Origin: an uncultured cyanobacterium
Lineage (GTDB): Bacteria; Cyanobacteriota; Cyanobacteriia; PCC-6307; Cyanobiaceae
Reading direction: 5' to 3'
Assembly: GCA_963697335.1 (NCBI GenBank)
Contig: CAVONQ010000002.1
Span: forward strand, 96,001 to 160,000
DNA: 64,000 nucleotides
This document shows positions 1 through 10,190 of this stretch, one piece after another. The notes beneath the pieces are model-generated. The model did not search any database and was not told the DNA's origin. It was given only the letters and a program-made list of their open reading frames with translations. Made by a program: the position numbers and the translations under genes. The stretch's first letter is position 1. Each line of letters starts with the position of its first letter.

Positions 1-470
1 TCATCATCGCCCTGAGCCTGGTGCAGAGCCTGGCGATCATGGCGGCCGCTGCCCTGCTGGGCTACGGCTGGCCTGGCGGCGGTGGCCTGCTGCTCGTACT
101 GGTCACCCTGCTGCTGCTGGTGTTCGCCGTCACAGCCCTCAGCCTGGGGCTGGCCTTCGCCCTGCCGGGTCACATCGAGCTGATCGCGGTGATCTTCGTG
201 GCCAACCTGCCGCTGCTGTTCGCCAGCACCGCCCTGGCTCCGATTTCCTTCATGCCGGCCTGGTTGGGCTGGCTTGCGGCCCTGAATCCCCTTACCTTCG
301 CGATTGAACCGATCCGCGCGGCCTACGCCGGCCACTTCTCCCTCACGGCCGTCGTGCTGGAAGCCCCCTACGGAGACCTCACCGCCGGCACCTGCCTGGC
401 CGTGCTGGCCCTCCTGGCCTCCGGACTGTTCGCCCTGATCCGGCCCCTGCTGGATCGCAAGCTCACCTGA
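1..470 (+). CDS. ABC-2 type transporter permease, C-terminal part (5' truncated by window edge)
   Basis: Hydrophobic multi-TM ORF with the ABC-2 permease signature LPLLFASTALAP...LNPLTFAIEPIR; frame is open to the window start. Confidence 0.85.
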   Translation, partial: IIALSLVQSLAIMAAAALLGYGWPGGGGLLLVLVTLLLLVFAVTALSLGLAFALPGHIELIAVIFVANLPLLFASTALAPISFMPAWLGWLAALNPLTFAIEPIRAAYAGHFSLTAVVLEAPYGDLTAGTCLAVLALLASGLFALIRPLLDRKLT

Positions 471-482
471 TTCCCGGTCCCC

Positions 483-1349
483 GTGCCCCGTTCTCCCCGC
501 TTCCCCGCCCCGGACCGTCCTGATCCGGAGGCGAGGCTCCTGGCTGCCGCGGCGGAGCGCGACAGCCAGCTGGCAAGCCGCCTGGCTGAGCAGTTCGTGC
601 ACCGCCGCGGCGTGGCCGCCCTCGAGAACCTGCTGCTGCGCAAGCTTGAACCCACCCAGGGCGCCGAGGCCTGCAGCTGGCTCGCCACCCTGGTGGGGGT
701 GGACACTCCGTGCAGGCCTGCGGCGGCGGTTGCAGCCCAGGGCCCAGCAGCGACGGTTGTGGTCGAGACGCCAGTGACGCCGGTCGTGCCCGAGTTGTCG
801 GCCGCTGATCCCTGGGCACCGGTCGATGTTGGTCTGGACTGGGGCATCGGCAGCTCCAGCGCTGCTGACAGCTCTGCAGAGGACGGGGGCTCCACGGGCG
901 TGGCGGTGGAGTCTGGAGCGGCTCTGATCGCTTCCTGGCTGCAGGATCTGGGCCGAGAGCAGGCTGACCTGGACCAGCTTGCCGAGGCGTGGAAGCCGGG
1001 TGAGTCGGAGGTGGCTGAACCGCAGACGGCTGCACTTGAACTCCAGCAGTCCGAGCTGATGGTGTTCGGTGGGGGCAGCTCCCCTGCTGCGGTGCCGTCC
1101 AACTCAACTCCTCTCACTCTCGTCGAGGATCAGCGGGAGCCGATGGCCCAGGCCGCGCCCCAGGCGCCACCACTGAACCCCCCGCTGCCAGCCCAGCAGC
1201 CAGATCCTGACCCCCTGCTGCGCCGCCTCCAGGCGGTGGCCACCCCCAACGGCCAGGACCCGAGAACGGCCCAGCTGGCACCGGTGCCGGCCTCGCTGGC
1301 ACGACTGCGGTCCTGGCTCCATGACGACCAGCTGCCGGAGGCGAGCTGA
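483..1349 (+). CDS. hypothetical protein (helical N-terminal domain, long acidic/Pro-rich linker, short C-terminal motif)
   Basis: 288-aa ORF filling the gap between the permease and nanE with 12- and 2-bp spacers; no family motif recognised. Confidence 0.6.
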   Translation: MPRSPRFPAPDRPDPEARLLAAAAERDSQLASRLAEQFVHRRGVAALENLLLRKLEPTQGAEACSWLATLVGVDTPCRPAAAVAAQGPAATVVVETPVTPVVPELSAADPWAPVDVGLDWGIGSSSAADSSAEDGGSTGVAVESGAALIASWLQDLGREQADLDQLAEAWKPGESEVAEPQTAALELQQSELMVFGGGSSPAAVPSNSTPLTLVEDQREPMAQAAPQAPPLNPPLPAQQPDPDPLLRRLQAVATPNGQDPRTAQLAPVPASLARLRSWLHDDQLPEAS

Positions 1350-1351
1350 CC

Positions 1352-2038
1352 ATGGCCACGGCGCCATGGCCCAGGGGGCTGATCGTGTCGGTGCAGGCCC
1401 CCGAGGGATCGCCGCTGCGCCACCCCGAGGTAATTGCCGCCATGGCCGAGGCCAGCCTCAACCAGGGCGCCAGTGGCGTGCGGCTGGAGAGTCCTGAGCA
1501 CATCGGTGCGGTGCGTCGCCGCTGCCCGGAGGCCCTGATCGTCGGGCTCTGGAAGCGCACTTACCCAGGCAGCGCGGTGTACATCACCCCGACCTGGACT
1601 GACATCCAGGCCGTCTGGGCTGCTGGGGCCGATGTGGTGGCCCTCGATGCCACGAGCCGTCCGCGGCCCCGGGGCGAAGATCTGGCGGAGCTGATCCAGC
1701 GGGCCGCCCAGGAGCTGGGGGCGCCCCTGATGGCTGATGTGGATTCCGTGGCCCAGGGCCTGCGGGCCGCCGAACTGGGCTGCAGCTGGGTGGGTACCAC
1801 CCTGTTTGGCTACACCGAGGACACCGCGGCCCTGCCGCCGCCGGCCTGGGAGCTGCTGGAGCCCCTGCGGGCCTCACTGCCCGCTGAGGTCGCCCTGATC
1901 TGCGAGGGGGGGATCCATTCGGCGCTCCAGGCCCGAGAGGCGCTGGAGCGGGGAGCCGATGCCGTGGTGGTGGGCACGGCGATTACGGGCGTGGATCTGC
2001 AGGTGGCGGCCTACGTGAAGGGGCTGGTTCAGCCCTGA
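1352..2038 (+). CDS. nanE: N-acetylmannosamine-6-phosphate 2-epimerase
   Basis: GLIVSVQA, VYITPT, GTTLFGYT, ICEGGI and VVVGTAIT motifs. Confidence 0.92.
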   Translation: MATAPWPRGLIVSVQAPEGSPLRHPEVIAAMAEASLNQGASGVRLESPEHIGAVRRRCPEALIVGLWKRTYPGSAVYITPTWTDIQAVWAAGADVVALDATSRPRPRGEDLAELIQRAAQELGAPLMADVDSVAQGLRAAELGCSWVGTTLFGYTEDTAALPPPAWELLEPLRASLPAEVALICEGGIHSALQAREALERGADAVVVGTAITGVDLQVAAYVKGLVQP

Positions 2039-2073
2039 GGGCGCCGCCTCAAGCCTGCGGAGGCTGAACCAGC
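2023..2073. terminator. inverted repeat between convergent nanE and groEL (probable bidirectional terminator or stabiliser)
   Basis: GCTGGTTCAGCC (2023-2034) pairs with GGCTGAACCAGC (2062-2073), enclosing an inner TGAGG/CCTCA hairpin; no U-tract. Confidence 0.45.
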
Positions 2074-2083
2074 GCCCCCGGGC

Positions 2084-3751
2084 TCACATCATGCCGGGCA
2101 TGCCCATGCCGCCCATGCCTCCCATGCCACCCATACCTCCCATGCCGCCCATGTCGTCGCCGGGGCCGGCGGCCGCGGGCGGTTCGGGCTTGTCGGCGAT
2201 CACGGCCTCGGTGGTGATCAGCAGGGCCGCGATCGACACGGCGTCCTGCAGCGCCAGCCTGGTGACCTTGGCGGCATCGAGGATGCCGGCGGCCAGCAGG
2301 TCTTCGTACTCACCGCTGAAGGCGTTGTAGCCCTTGCCGCTGCGCAGGATTTCGGCGCTCACCACGGAGCCGTCGATGCCCGCGTTCGCGGCGATCTGGC
2401 GCACCGGTTCGCCCAGGGCCCGCTTGACGATCTCCACCCCCGTGCGCTCATCGCCCTCACAACGGCCGGCGAGATCGGAGAGGGTTTCAGCCAGCTCCAG
2501 CAGGGTGGTGCCGCCACCGGCCACGATGCCCTCCTCGACGGCGGCCCGGGTGGCATTGAGGGCGTCTTCGATGCGCAGCTTGCGGTTGCGCAGCTCGGTT
2601 TCGGTGGGTGCCCCCACCTTGATCACGGCCACACCGCCGGCCAGCTTGGCGATCCGCTCCTGCAGCTTCTCGCGGTCGTAGTCGGAGTCGGTGGCGGCGA
2701 GCTGGCGGCGGATCGAGGCGATGCGGTCGGCCACGGCGGCCTGGTGCTCCTCGCTGGCCACGATCGTGGTGCTGTCCTTGGTGATGGTGATGCGGCGGGC
2801 CTGGCCCAGGTCGGCCAGGGTGGCCTTCTCCAGGGTCATGGCCTGGTCTTCGCTGATCACCGTGGCTCCGGTGAGGGTGGCGATGTCCTGCAGGTAGGCC
2901 TTGCGGCGGTCCCCGAAGGAGGGAGCACGCACGGCGGCCACCTGGAGCACGCCGCGGTTCTTGTTCACCACCAGAGTGGCCAGGGCCTCTCCCTCCACCT
3001 CCTCAGCCAGGATCAGCAGCGGCCGGCCGCTTTTGGACACGGCCTCCAACACCGGAACCAGATCGGCGATGCTGCTGATCTTGCGATCGGTGATCAGGAT
3101 CAGAGCGCCTTCGAACACGCACTCCCGCCGTTCCGGATCGGTCACGAAATAGGGGGAGCTGTAGCCGCGGTCAAAGGCCATGCCTTCGGTGATCTCGAGC
3201 TCCGTGGCCAGCGAGTTGGATTCCTCCACGGTGATCACGCCGTCGACGCTCACCTTGTCCATCGCCTGGGCGATCATGGCGCCGATCTCGTCGTCGTTGC
3301 CGGCGCTGACGCTGGCCACCTGGCGGATCGCGTCGCCCTCCACGGGCTGGGCCCGCTCGGCGATGCCCTCCACCACGAGGGCGGCGGCCCGCTCCATGCC
3401 GCGCCGCAGGTTCACGGGGCTGGCGCCGGCGGCCACGTTGCGCATGCCCTCCCGCACCAGCGCCTGGGCCAGCACCGTGGCGGTGGTGGTGCCGTCACCG
3501 GCCTCGTCCTTGGTCTTGCTCGCCACCTGCTGCATCAGCTTGGCGCCGAGGTTTTCGAAGGGATCCTCCAGTTCGATCTCCTTGGCAATCGTCACGCCGT
3601 CGTTGACGATGTCGGGGGCACCGAACTTCTTCTCCAGCACCACGTTGCGCCCCTTCGGACCGATGGTCACCCGAACGGCATCGGCGAGGGCGTTGACGCC
3701 CCGTTCAAGGGCGGCGCGGGAGGCGTCGGAAAAGCTGACCAGTTTGGTCAT
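2084..3751 (-). CDS. groEL: chaperonin GroEL (stand-alone GroEL2 type, no adjacent groES)
   Basis: MTKLVSFS start, [21 protein letters not shown]-terminal GGM repeats. Confidence 0.97.
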   Translation of the reverse strand: MTKLVSFSDASRAALERGVNALADAVRVTIGPKGRNVVLEKKFGAPDIVNDGVTIAKEIELEDPFENLGAKLMQQVASKTKDEAGDGTTTATVLAQALVREGMRNVAAGASPVNLRRGMERAAALVVEGIAERAQPVEGDAIRQVASVSAGNDDEIGAMIAQAMDKVSVDGVITVEESNSLATELEITEGMAFDRGYSSPYFVTDPERRECVFEGALILITDRKISSIADLVPVLEAVSKSGRPLLILAEEVEGEALATLVVNKNRGVLQVAAVRAPSFGDRRKAYLQDIATLTGATVISEDQAMTLEKATLADLGQARRITITKDSTTIVASEEHQAAVADRIASIRRQLAATDSDYDREKLQERIAKLAGGVAVIKVGAPTETELRNRKLRIEDALNATRAAVEEGIVAGGGTTLLELAETLSDLAGRCEGDERTGVEIVKRALGEPVRQIAANAGIDGSVVSAEILRSGKGYNAFSGEYEDLLAAGILDAAKVTRLALQDAVSIAALLITTEAVIADKPEPPAAAGPGDDMGGMGGMGGMGGMGGMGMPGMM

Positions 3752-3806
3752 CGGCTCAATTGATTTCCAGTGCTTCAGATTCCCATGCGGCCTGGGCCGT
3801 GGTCTG

Positions 3807-3822
3807 GTGGGGAAAGCCGAAT
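3807..3822 (-). promoter_or_regulatory. K-box-like element upstream of groEL
   Basis: Minus strand reads ATTCGGCTTTCCCCAC against the K-box consensus GTTCGG-NNAN-CCNNAC (2 mismatches); 55 bp upstream of the ATG. Confidence 0.35.
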
Positions 3823-3859
3823 GGGCCGCTGGCCTGCCCTGGTGGACCGATAAGGTCGA

Positions 3860-4129
3860 ATGACGGGGGCTTGGAGCCACACAGACGTCTTGGAAGAGTT
3901 GCTTCAGAGCGCCCTTGACACGGCTTCAGCCGAAGCCCTGCCCCTGAGCACCGGCAGCAGCGCCAACGCCATGGTGTTCGTGCTGGTCACGGCCCTCGGC
4001 CTGCTGATGGCCCTCATCTATGTTCCCCTGCGGGTTTACCTCACGCTCACGGCGCGCAGCCGGCGACTGCGGCTGCTGCTGCGGATCCGCAGGCTGCGGG
4101 AGGAGTTGGGCCAGCCGATCGGCAGCTAG
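3860..4129 (+). CDS. small membrane protein, hypothetical (start may be downstream, e.g. ATG 3971)
   Basis: One TM helix followed by a basic amphipathic tail [21 protein letters not shown]; sits between groEL and fabG. Confidence 0.6.
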   Translation: MTGAWSHTDVLEELLQSALDTASAEALPLSTGSSANAMVFVLVTALGLLMALIYVPLRVYLTLTARSRRLRLLLRIRRLREELGQPIGS

Positions 4130-4146
4130 GTCCGGCGGATCCCCCC

Positions 4147-4899
4147 TCAGCGCATCACCATGCCGCCATCCACCTGCAGCACCTGGCCGGTCATGTAGGC
4201 GGCACTGGCATCGGCGGCCAGGAAGCGCACCGCCCCGGCCACCTCGGCGGCGGTGCCCATGCGGCCCAGGGGAATGGCCTTGAGGATCGGCTCCTTGTCG
4301 AGGCTGGCGGTCATGTCGCTCTCGATGAAGCCGGGGGCCACGGCATTCACGGTGACGCCGCGGGCGGCGAATTCGGCCGCGTTGCTGCGGGTGAGGCCGA
4401 TCACCCCCGCCTTGGCGGCGCTGTAGTTGGCCTGGCCGGCATTGCCGAACAGCCCCACCACCGAGGTGATGTTGATGATGCGGCCGCTCCGGGCCTTCAG
4501 CATCGGCCGGCTGACGGCCCTGGTGCAGAGGAACACCCCGGTGAGGTTGAGGTCGATCACGCTCTGCCAGTCAGCAGTTTTCATGCGCATCAGCAGTCCA
4601 TCGCGGGTGATGCCGGCGTTGTTGACCAGTACGTCGAGACGGCCCTCGCGCTCCAGCACGGCCTTCACCATCGCCTCCACTTCGGCCTCCTCGGCCACGT
4701 TGGCCCGGTGGGCCCAGGCCTTGCCGCCGGCGGCCTCGATGGCGCCCACCACCGCGGCCGCGGCCTCTGCGGAGCTGGCGTAGTTCACCACCACGGTGGC
4801 GCCGCAGGCCGCCAGCTCAGCGGCGATCGCCGCGCCGATGCCCCGGCTGGCGCCGGTGACCAGGGCGACCTGACCGGTGAGGGGAGCGGCGACGGCCAT
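4147..4899 (-). CDS. fabG: 3-oxoacyl-[ACP] reductase
   Basis: [21 protein letters not shown] and VDGG SDR motifs. Confidence 0.95.
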   Translation of the reverse strand: MAVAAPLTGQVALVTGASRGIGAAIAAELAACGATVVVNYASSAEAAAAVVGAIEAAGGKAWAHRANVAEEAEVEAMVKAVLEREGRLDVLVNNAGITRDGLLMRMKTADWQSVIDLNLTGVFLCTRAVSRPMLKARSGRIINITSVVGLFGNAGQANYSAAKAGVIGLTRSNAAEFAARGVTVNAVAPGFIESDMTASLDKEPILKAIPLGRMGTAAEVAGAVRFLAADASAAYMTGQVLQVDGGMVMR

Positions 4900-4978
4900 C
4901 GAGGGGGGAGGCGGGAATGGCGCCGATCGTATGGCGAGGCCCCCCAGCCGGGGATGGCCTGCTGGAGGCCGCGGCGCT

Positions 4979-5812
4979 TCAGCCGAGCCCCAGCGCGGCC
5001 AGCACATCGCCGCTGCCGAGCTGCTGCAGCGCCCCCGGGGCGCCCAGCCCCTGCACCCCCTCGCGCTGGGGGAGTTCTGCGGCGGCCCGGCCGAGGGCCA
5101 CCACGGGCAGGCTGAGCATCAGGGCCAGCTCCACGCTGGCTGGATCGCTGGCCAGCACCACATCGGCGCAGGCCAGCTGGGCGGCCCGCTGGCTCCAGGA
5201 GCCTGCAGCGGCGCTGGCGCTGCGCGCGCCGGGCAGCTTGGCGGCGATCAGGGCGGGCAGCTCCTGCCAGCGTTCGGACGGCCAGTCGCCAGCCCCCCCC
5301 GCCGGGGCCTGCAGCAGCAATGGCCCATCGCCGGCGGGCAGGGCGGCGGCGGCGTTCTGCAGATCGGCCGGCGGGATCGGCAGGCGGAAGGCCTCGGCAT
5401 CCAGGCTCAGCCCCAGGGGCCGCAGCCAGGCCTCCCAGGACTGGGCGGGCCATCCTCCCTCGGGCGCCTGCACCAGCGCGGTGGCCGAGAACCCCTGGCT
5501 GGCCACCCGGGTGGGGATGTGGCTCATCGACAGCATCAGGTCCATGGCCCGACTGGGGGCGCGGTTGATGCAGAGCTGGAAGTCCGGCTCCCGCACCGAG
5601 CCGAGCAGGTTGGCCCAGTCGGCCAGGGTGGGATTGGCGAAGCTGAAGGGCATGGCGCGGCTGACGCCGGGATGCAGGCGCCAGAGACCAACCGCTTCGG
5701 CGGGGCAGACCACCTGCACCACCGCCTTGAGCTGGTCCGCCACGGCGGCCACGGCGGCAAAGGCCTGGAGCTGACGGCTGCTGTCGCCCGGGATCAGAAA
5801 CAGGGCGCGCAT
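4979..5812 (-). CDS. glycosyltransferase family 9 (heptosyltransferase-like) protein
   Basis: MRALFLIPG...[18 protein letters not shown]...WP.ERW...PVVALG pattern typical of cyanobacterial GT9-like proteins. Confidence 0.7.
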   Translation of the reverse strand: MRALFLIPGDSSRQLQAFAAVAAVADQLKAVVQVVCPAEAVGLWRLHPGVSRAMPFSFANPTLADWANLLGSVREPDFQLCINRAPSRAMDLMLSMSHIPTRVASQGFSATALVQAPEGGWPAQSWEAWLRPLGLSLDAEAFRLPIPPADLQNAAAALPAGDGPLLLQAPAGGAGDWPSERWQELPALIAAKLPGARSASAAAGSWSQRAAQLACADVVLASDPASVELALMLSLPVVALGRAAAELPQREGVQGLGAPGALQQLGSGDVLAALGLG

Positions 5813-5880
5813 CGAGGGGCAGCCACGGCGGACTGATTGTATGGAGCGGTTCCGGACGCGCCTGGTTGCGGGAGACGCCT

Positions 5881-6576
5881 GTGCATCTGTTGATTGCCGC
5901 CGCCGGCAGTGGCCGCCGCATGGGCGCCGCCGGCAACAAGCTGCTGCTGGAGGTGGCCGGGCGGCCTGTGCTGGCCTGGACCCTCGACGCCGCCCTGGCC
6001 TGCGCGGCGATCCACTGGATCGGCATCGTGGGCCAGGCGGTGGATGCCGGAGCGGTGGCGGCGATCATCGAAGCCGCCAGGCCCGATCGCCCGGTGCAGT
6101 GGATCCTGGGGGGCGACACCCGTCAGGAGTCGGTGAGCCGCGGCCTGGAGTCCCTGCCTGCCGAGGCCAGGGGCGTGCTGATCCACGATGGCGCCCGCTG
6201 TCTGGTGGAGCCGGACCTGCTGGCGCGCTGCGCCGCAGCGGTGGAGCAGGGCCTGGCCGTGATCGCCGCCACGCCGGTGACCGACACGATCAAGCAGGTG
6301 GACACCGCCGGGGCAATCCTGGGTAGCCCCGATCGGACCGGACTCTGGGCGGCCCAGACCCCCCAGGGCTTCCCGGTGGACCAGTTGCGTTCGGCCCATG
6401 CCCGCGCCCGGCGCGAAGGCTGGAGCGTCACCGATGATGCGTCCCTGTTCGAGCGGCTCGGCCTGCCGGTGCAGGTGTTGGAAGCCCCCGCCTCCAACAT
6501 CAAGCTCACCACGCCCTTTGACCTCACGGTGGCGGCGGCCCTGCTGGCCTCCGAGTGGGCTGGGTCGTCCGGTTGA
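5881..6576 (+). CDS. ispD: 2-C-methyl-D-erythritol 4-phosphate cytidylyltransferase
   Basis: [38 protein letters not shown] and [10 protein letters not shown] motifs. Confidence 0.95.
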   Translation: MHLLIAAAGSGRRMGAAGNKLLLEVAGRPVLAWTLDAALACAAIHWIGIVGQAVDAGAVAAIIEAARPDRPVQWILGGDTRQESVSRGLESLPAEARGVLIHDGARCLVEPDLLARCAAAVEQGLAVIAATPVTDTIKQVDTAGAILGSPDRTGLWAAQTPQGFPVDQLRSAHARARREGWSVTDDASLFERLGLPVQVLEAPASNIKLTTPFDLTVAAALLASEWAGSSG

Positions 6577-6578
6577 CC

Positions 6579-7520
6579 TCAAGCCCCAGGGGCGGGCCGC
6601 AGCTGAAGGCGGCCAGCCTCAGCATCCAGCCGAGCCCAGGCGCCCAGGGGCAGGGCCCCATTGCCGGCTTCGTGGCCCACCGGCAGCTCGGCAAGCACCG
6701 GAATGCCCAGATCCCCGGTGCGATCGTGCAGCACCTGCTCCAGGCTGAACCGCGCCGCCATCTCGATGGGATCGGCTAGGGACTCCCCTGAGGGCTTGTC
6801 GTCGCAGCCGCTGAACTGGCCCAGGCCGATGCCGGCCAACTGACCCAGGGCGCCACTCAACCGCCAGTGGGTGAGCATCCGATCGATCCGGTACGGGGCC
6901 TCACCCACGTCCTCGATCACCAGGATGGCGCCGCGCAGGTCGGGCAGGTGGGGAGTGCCCAGCAGGTGCGTGGCCACGGTGAGATTGGCCACCAGCAGGG
7001 GGCCTTCGGCCACGCCCGCCCGCCACGGGGTGCCCGGCAGGTCGGCCACCGGTTCGCCGAACAGCAGCGCCCGCAGCCGCTCCTGGCTCCAGGCGGGTTC
7101 CGCCGCCAGGGTGGTGAGCAGGGGGCCGTGCACGCCGCCGCCGCGGCCCTGGGCCAGCTGGGCCCAGAGCAGGGCCGTCACGTCACTGAATCCCAGCAGC
7201 CAGCGGCAGGGGAGCGGTAGGGGCTGCTCCAGCAGGCGGGCCGCCCCCCAGCCCCCGCGCAGGCAGGCCAGCAGCTCGGCCCCTACCCGTTCGGCCCGCA
7301 TCAGATCGTCGTGGCGGTCGGCGTCGCTGCCGGCCAGGTAGCCCCAGCGCCGCTCGTGCAGGGCACGGCGCTCCACCTCCAGCCCCCAGCCCTCGAGCAC
7401 GGTGATGCCCGCCTCCAGCCGCTCCAGGCTCTCGGGGGCGACGAGGGCGGAGCTGGCCGCCACCAGGGCCACCCTGGATCCAGGGCGCAGGGGCGGCGGC
7501 TGGCTGGGTGTTCCCTTCAC
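6579..7520 (-). CDS. ldcA: LD-carboxypeptidase (peptidase S66)
   Basis: RGGWG, GFSDVTAL, EDVGEAPYRIDRML and PVGH catalytic motifs; GTG start overlaps the ubiA stop (GTGA). Confidence 0.88.
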   Translation of the reverse strand: MKGTPSQPPPLRPGSRVALVAASSALVAPESLERLEAGITVLEGWGLEVERRALHERRWGYLAGSDADRHDDLMRAERVGAELLACLRGGWGAARLLEQPLPLPCRWLLGFSDVTALLWAQLAQGRGGGVHGPLLTTLAAEPAWSQERLRALLFGEPVADLPGTPWRAGVAEGPLLVANLTVATHLLGTPHLPDLRGAILVIEDVGEAPYRIDRMLTHWRLSGALGQLAGIGLGQFSGCDDKPSGESLADPIEMAARFSLEQVLHDRTGDLGIPVLAELPVGHEAGNGALPLGAWARLDAEAGRLQLRPAPGA

Positions 7521-8467
7521 GCCAGCCGCCCCAGCACCAGGGCCAGCCACCAGAGTCCGCCCAGCCACACCTGCTGGCGGAAATGGCGCCCAAAGGCTCC
7601 CCGGGACTGGCCCGGTCGTTGCAGCAGCACCCCGGCCCGCACCATGCCGAAGCTGGCGCCGGCGGCCAGCCCCCAGCCGAGCAGGTTGAGGGTGTTCCCC
7701 GTTGCCGCCAGGCTCGAAGCCGCCGCGGTCAGGCAGAGAGCCGCGCCGGCGTAGCAGAAGGTCACCGCCAGCGGCGCCTGGCGCCCCAGGCTCAGGGCGC
7801 TGCTGCGCACGCCGATCGCCCGGTCGTCCTCCTGGTCGGCCATGGCGTACACCGTGTCGAAGCCGAAGGTCCACAGCAGCGTGGCCAGCCAGACCAGGGC
7901 CAGCGGCCAGCCACCGGCCAGGCTGCCCGTGGCGGCGGCCCAGGGGATCAGCACGGCGAAGCCCCAGCAGAGGGCCAGCACCAGCTGGGGGTAGCCGAAC
8001 CAGCGCTTGGCCGAGGGGTACAGCAGCACCAGCGGCAGGGTGGCGAGGGCCAGCAACAGGCAGAGGCCCCTGCTGGCGGCGGGCAGGCCCCACAGCACCA
8101 CTGCCAGGGCGAGGGACAGACAGACGGCCAGCAGCACCAGGGCCGTGCCTACCCCCACCCGGCCGGAGGCCAGCGGACGCTGGCGGGTGCGTTCCACCTG
8201 GGGATCGATGCGGCGATCCCAGAGGTCGTTGGCGATGCAGCCGGCCCCACTCACGGCCAGGCCTCCCACGGCCAGAGCCAGCAGCAGGGAGACCGGCGGC
8301 GGGGCTGTGGGCAGCAGCCACAGGCTCCAGCCCGCCGGGATCAGCAGGATCAGGCGGCCGCTCGGCTTGTCCCAGCGCAGCAGCTCCAGCCAGGCGCCCA
8401 GGTCGGCACCCATCGCCGCGGAGCTTCCCGCCGGGTCGCCCTCCTCGCCCACCGCCGAGCCTGCCAT
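7517..8467 (-). CDS. ubiA: 4-hydroxybenzoate polyprenyl (solanesyl) transferase
   Basis: LLRWDKPSG, NDLWDRRIDPQVERT..RPL and DTVYAMAD.EDD..IG motifs; start could also be 8413. Confidence 0.92.
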   Translation of the reverse strand: MAGSAVGEEGDPAGSSAAMGADLGAWLELLRWDKPSGRLILLIPAGWSLWLLPTAPPPVSLLLALAVGGLAVSGAGCIANDLWDRRIDPQVERTRQRPLASGRVGVGTALVLLAVCLSLALAVVLWGLPAASRGLCLLLALATLPLVLLYPSAKRWFGYPQLVLALCWGFAVLIPWAAATGSLAGGWPLALVWLATLLWTFGFDTVYAMADQEDDRAIGVRSSALSLGRQAPLAVTFCYAGAALCLTAAASSLAATGNTLNLLGWGLAAGASFGMVRAGVLLQRPGQSRGAFGRHFRQQVWLGGLWWLALVLGRLA

Positions 8468-8576
8468 GCGCCTCCCTTGCCGATGCAACCGTCTCCAGTC
8501 GCGAACGCTAGGCGTCCGGGGCCAGACGCCCCGTGGTCAGTGGCAAACTGGCGGCGCCCTGGCTGCCCCCGGTTCG

Positions 8577-10190
8577 ATGGCCCAGAGCCCCCCCTCCCAG
8601 CGCCCTGATCGACGCCGGGTCGCGGCCATCGACATCGGCACCAACTCGATCCACCTGCTGATCGCCGAGGTTGACGAGGAGCTGCGCAGTTTTTCGGTGC
8701 TGCTGGCCGAGAAGGCCACCACCCGCCTGGGGGAGCGCGACCCTGACTCGGGCGACCTCAGCGCCGCCTCGATCGAGCGGGCCTTCCGCACCCTGCGCCA
8801 CGACAAGGAGCTGGCCGAGAGCCACGGGGTGGAGCAGATCGTCACGGCCGCCACCAGCGCCGTGCGCGAAGCGCCCAATGGCCGCGACTTCGTGCAGGCT
8901 CTGCAGGACCAGCTCGGCCTCTCGGTGGATCTGGTGAGCGGCCCGGAGGAGGCGCGCCTGATCTATCTCGGGGTGCTCTCGGGGATGGGCTTCGGGGAGC
9001 AGCCCCACATGATTCTCGACATCGGTGGCGGCTCCACCGAACTGGTGCTCGGCGACGGCCGTGATGCCCGGGTGCTCACCAGCACCCGCATCGGCGCCGT
9101 GCGGCTGCAGCGGGAGTTCTGCCAGCAGGAGCCCCTGCCCCTGGATCGGCAGCGCTTTCTGCAGGCCTACATCCAGGGGGCGCTGGATCCGGCGGTGTCC
9201 GAGCTGAAACGGGCCCTGCAGCCGGGGGAGCAGCCCCGGCTGGTGGGCACCAGTGGCACGGCAATGGCTCTGGCCTCCCTGGCGGCAGCGCAGGAGGCCA
9301 AGCCGCCCCTCAAGCTGCAGGGCTATCGGCTGCCGAAGGAGCGCATCGACCAGCTCGTGGCGGGCCTGGTGGCGATGACCCCCGAGCAACGTCGGGAGCT
9401 CTCGGCCATCAACGAGCGCCGCGCCGAGATCATCGTGCCTGGCTCCCTGATCCTCCAGACCGCCATGGAGATGCTTGGGGCCCCGGAGCTGGTGGTGTGC
9501 GACCGGGCCCTGCGGGAGGGGCTGATCGTGGACTGGATGCTGCGCAACCAGATCCTGGGCGATCGGTTCAGCTTCCAGAGCACGATCCGCGAACGCACCG
9601 TGCTGCACCTGGCCCAGAGCTACGGCATCGACCGGGAGCGGGCCGATCGGGTGGCGGGCCATGCCCTCAGCCTCTACGACCAGGGCCAGGGCCTGCTGCA
9701 TCACGACGGCGGCGAGGGGCGTGAACTGCTGTGGGCCGCGGCCCAGCTGCACACCTGCGGCAAGAGCATCAACATCTCGGCCTATCACAAGCACACCTGG
9801 TATCTGATCCGCCACGGCGAACTGCTGGGCTTCTCCCAGGCGGAACACCTGATGGTGGCGGCGATGGCCCGCTACCACCGCCGCAGCCTGCCGAAGAAGC
9901 GCCATGAGTCGTGGCAGCTGATCGAGGAGCGGGATCAGCGCAGCAGGGTGTTCTCCATGGCCCTGTTGCTGAGGCTGGCCGCCGCCCTGGATCGCCGGCC
10001 GGCGGCGGGGATCGCCGCCATCCGCGTGCACCCCGCCCCCGCAGGCGTGCTCGACCTGGAGCTGGTGCCCCATGCTCCCGAGCCTCGAGAGCCGGCCATC
10101 GATCTGAGCCTGGAGCGCTGGAGCCTGCGCTCCTGCAGCGAGGTGGTGGCGGAAGCCTGCGGGCTGGAACTCAGGGTGCGGGAGCCCTGA
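8577..10190 (+). CDS. ppx: Ppx/GppA exopolyphosphatase
   Basis: AAIDIGTNS, ATSAVREA, GPEEARL, DIGGGSTE and ALREG motifs, plus a C-terminal HD-like domain. Confidence 0.95.
   Translation: MAQSPPSQRPDRRRVAAIDIGTNSIHLLIAEVDEELRSFSVLLAEKATTRLGERDPDSGDLSAASIERAFRTLRHDKELAESHGVEQIVTAATSAVREAPNGRDFVQALQDQLGLSVDLVSGPEEARLIYLGVLSGMGFGEQPHMILDIGGGSTELVLGDGRDARVLTSTRIGAVRLQREFCQQEPLPLDRQRFLQAYIQGALDPAVSELKRALQPGEQPRLVGTSGTAMALASLAAAQEAKPPLKLQGYRLPKERIDQLVAGLVAMTPEQRRELSAINERRAEIIVPGSLILQTAMEMLGAPELVVCDRALREGLIVDWMLRNQILGDRFSFQSTIRERTVLHLAQSYGIDRERADRVAGHALSLYDQGQGLLHHDGGEGRELLWAAAQLHTCGKSINISAYHKHTWYLIRHGELLGFSQAEHLMVAAMARYHRRSLPKKRHESWQLIEERDQRSRVFSMALLLRLAAALDRRPAAGIAAIRVHPAPAGVLDLELVPHAPEPREPAIDLSLERWSLRSCSEVVAEACGLELRVREP

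Noticed and set aside
2087..2152. 9-bp-period tandem repeat
   Set aside because: It encodes the ordinary (GGM)n tail of GroEL.
3750..3777. CIRCE operator before groEL
   Set aside because: Only AGCACT of the left half matches TTAGCACTC-N9-GAGTGCTAA; the right half does not.
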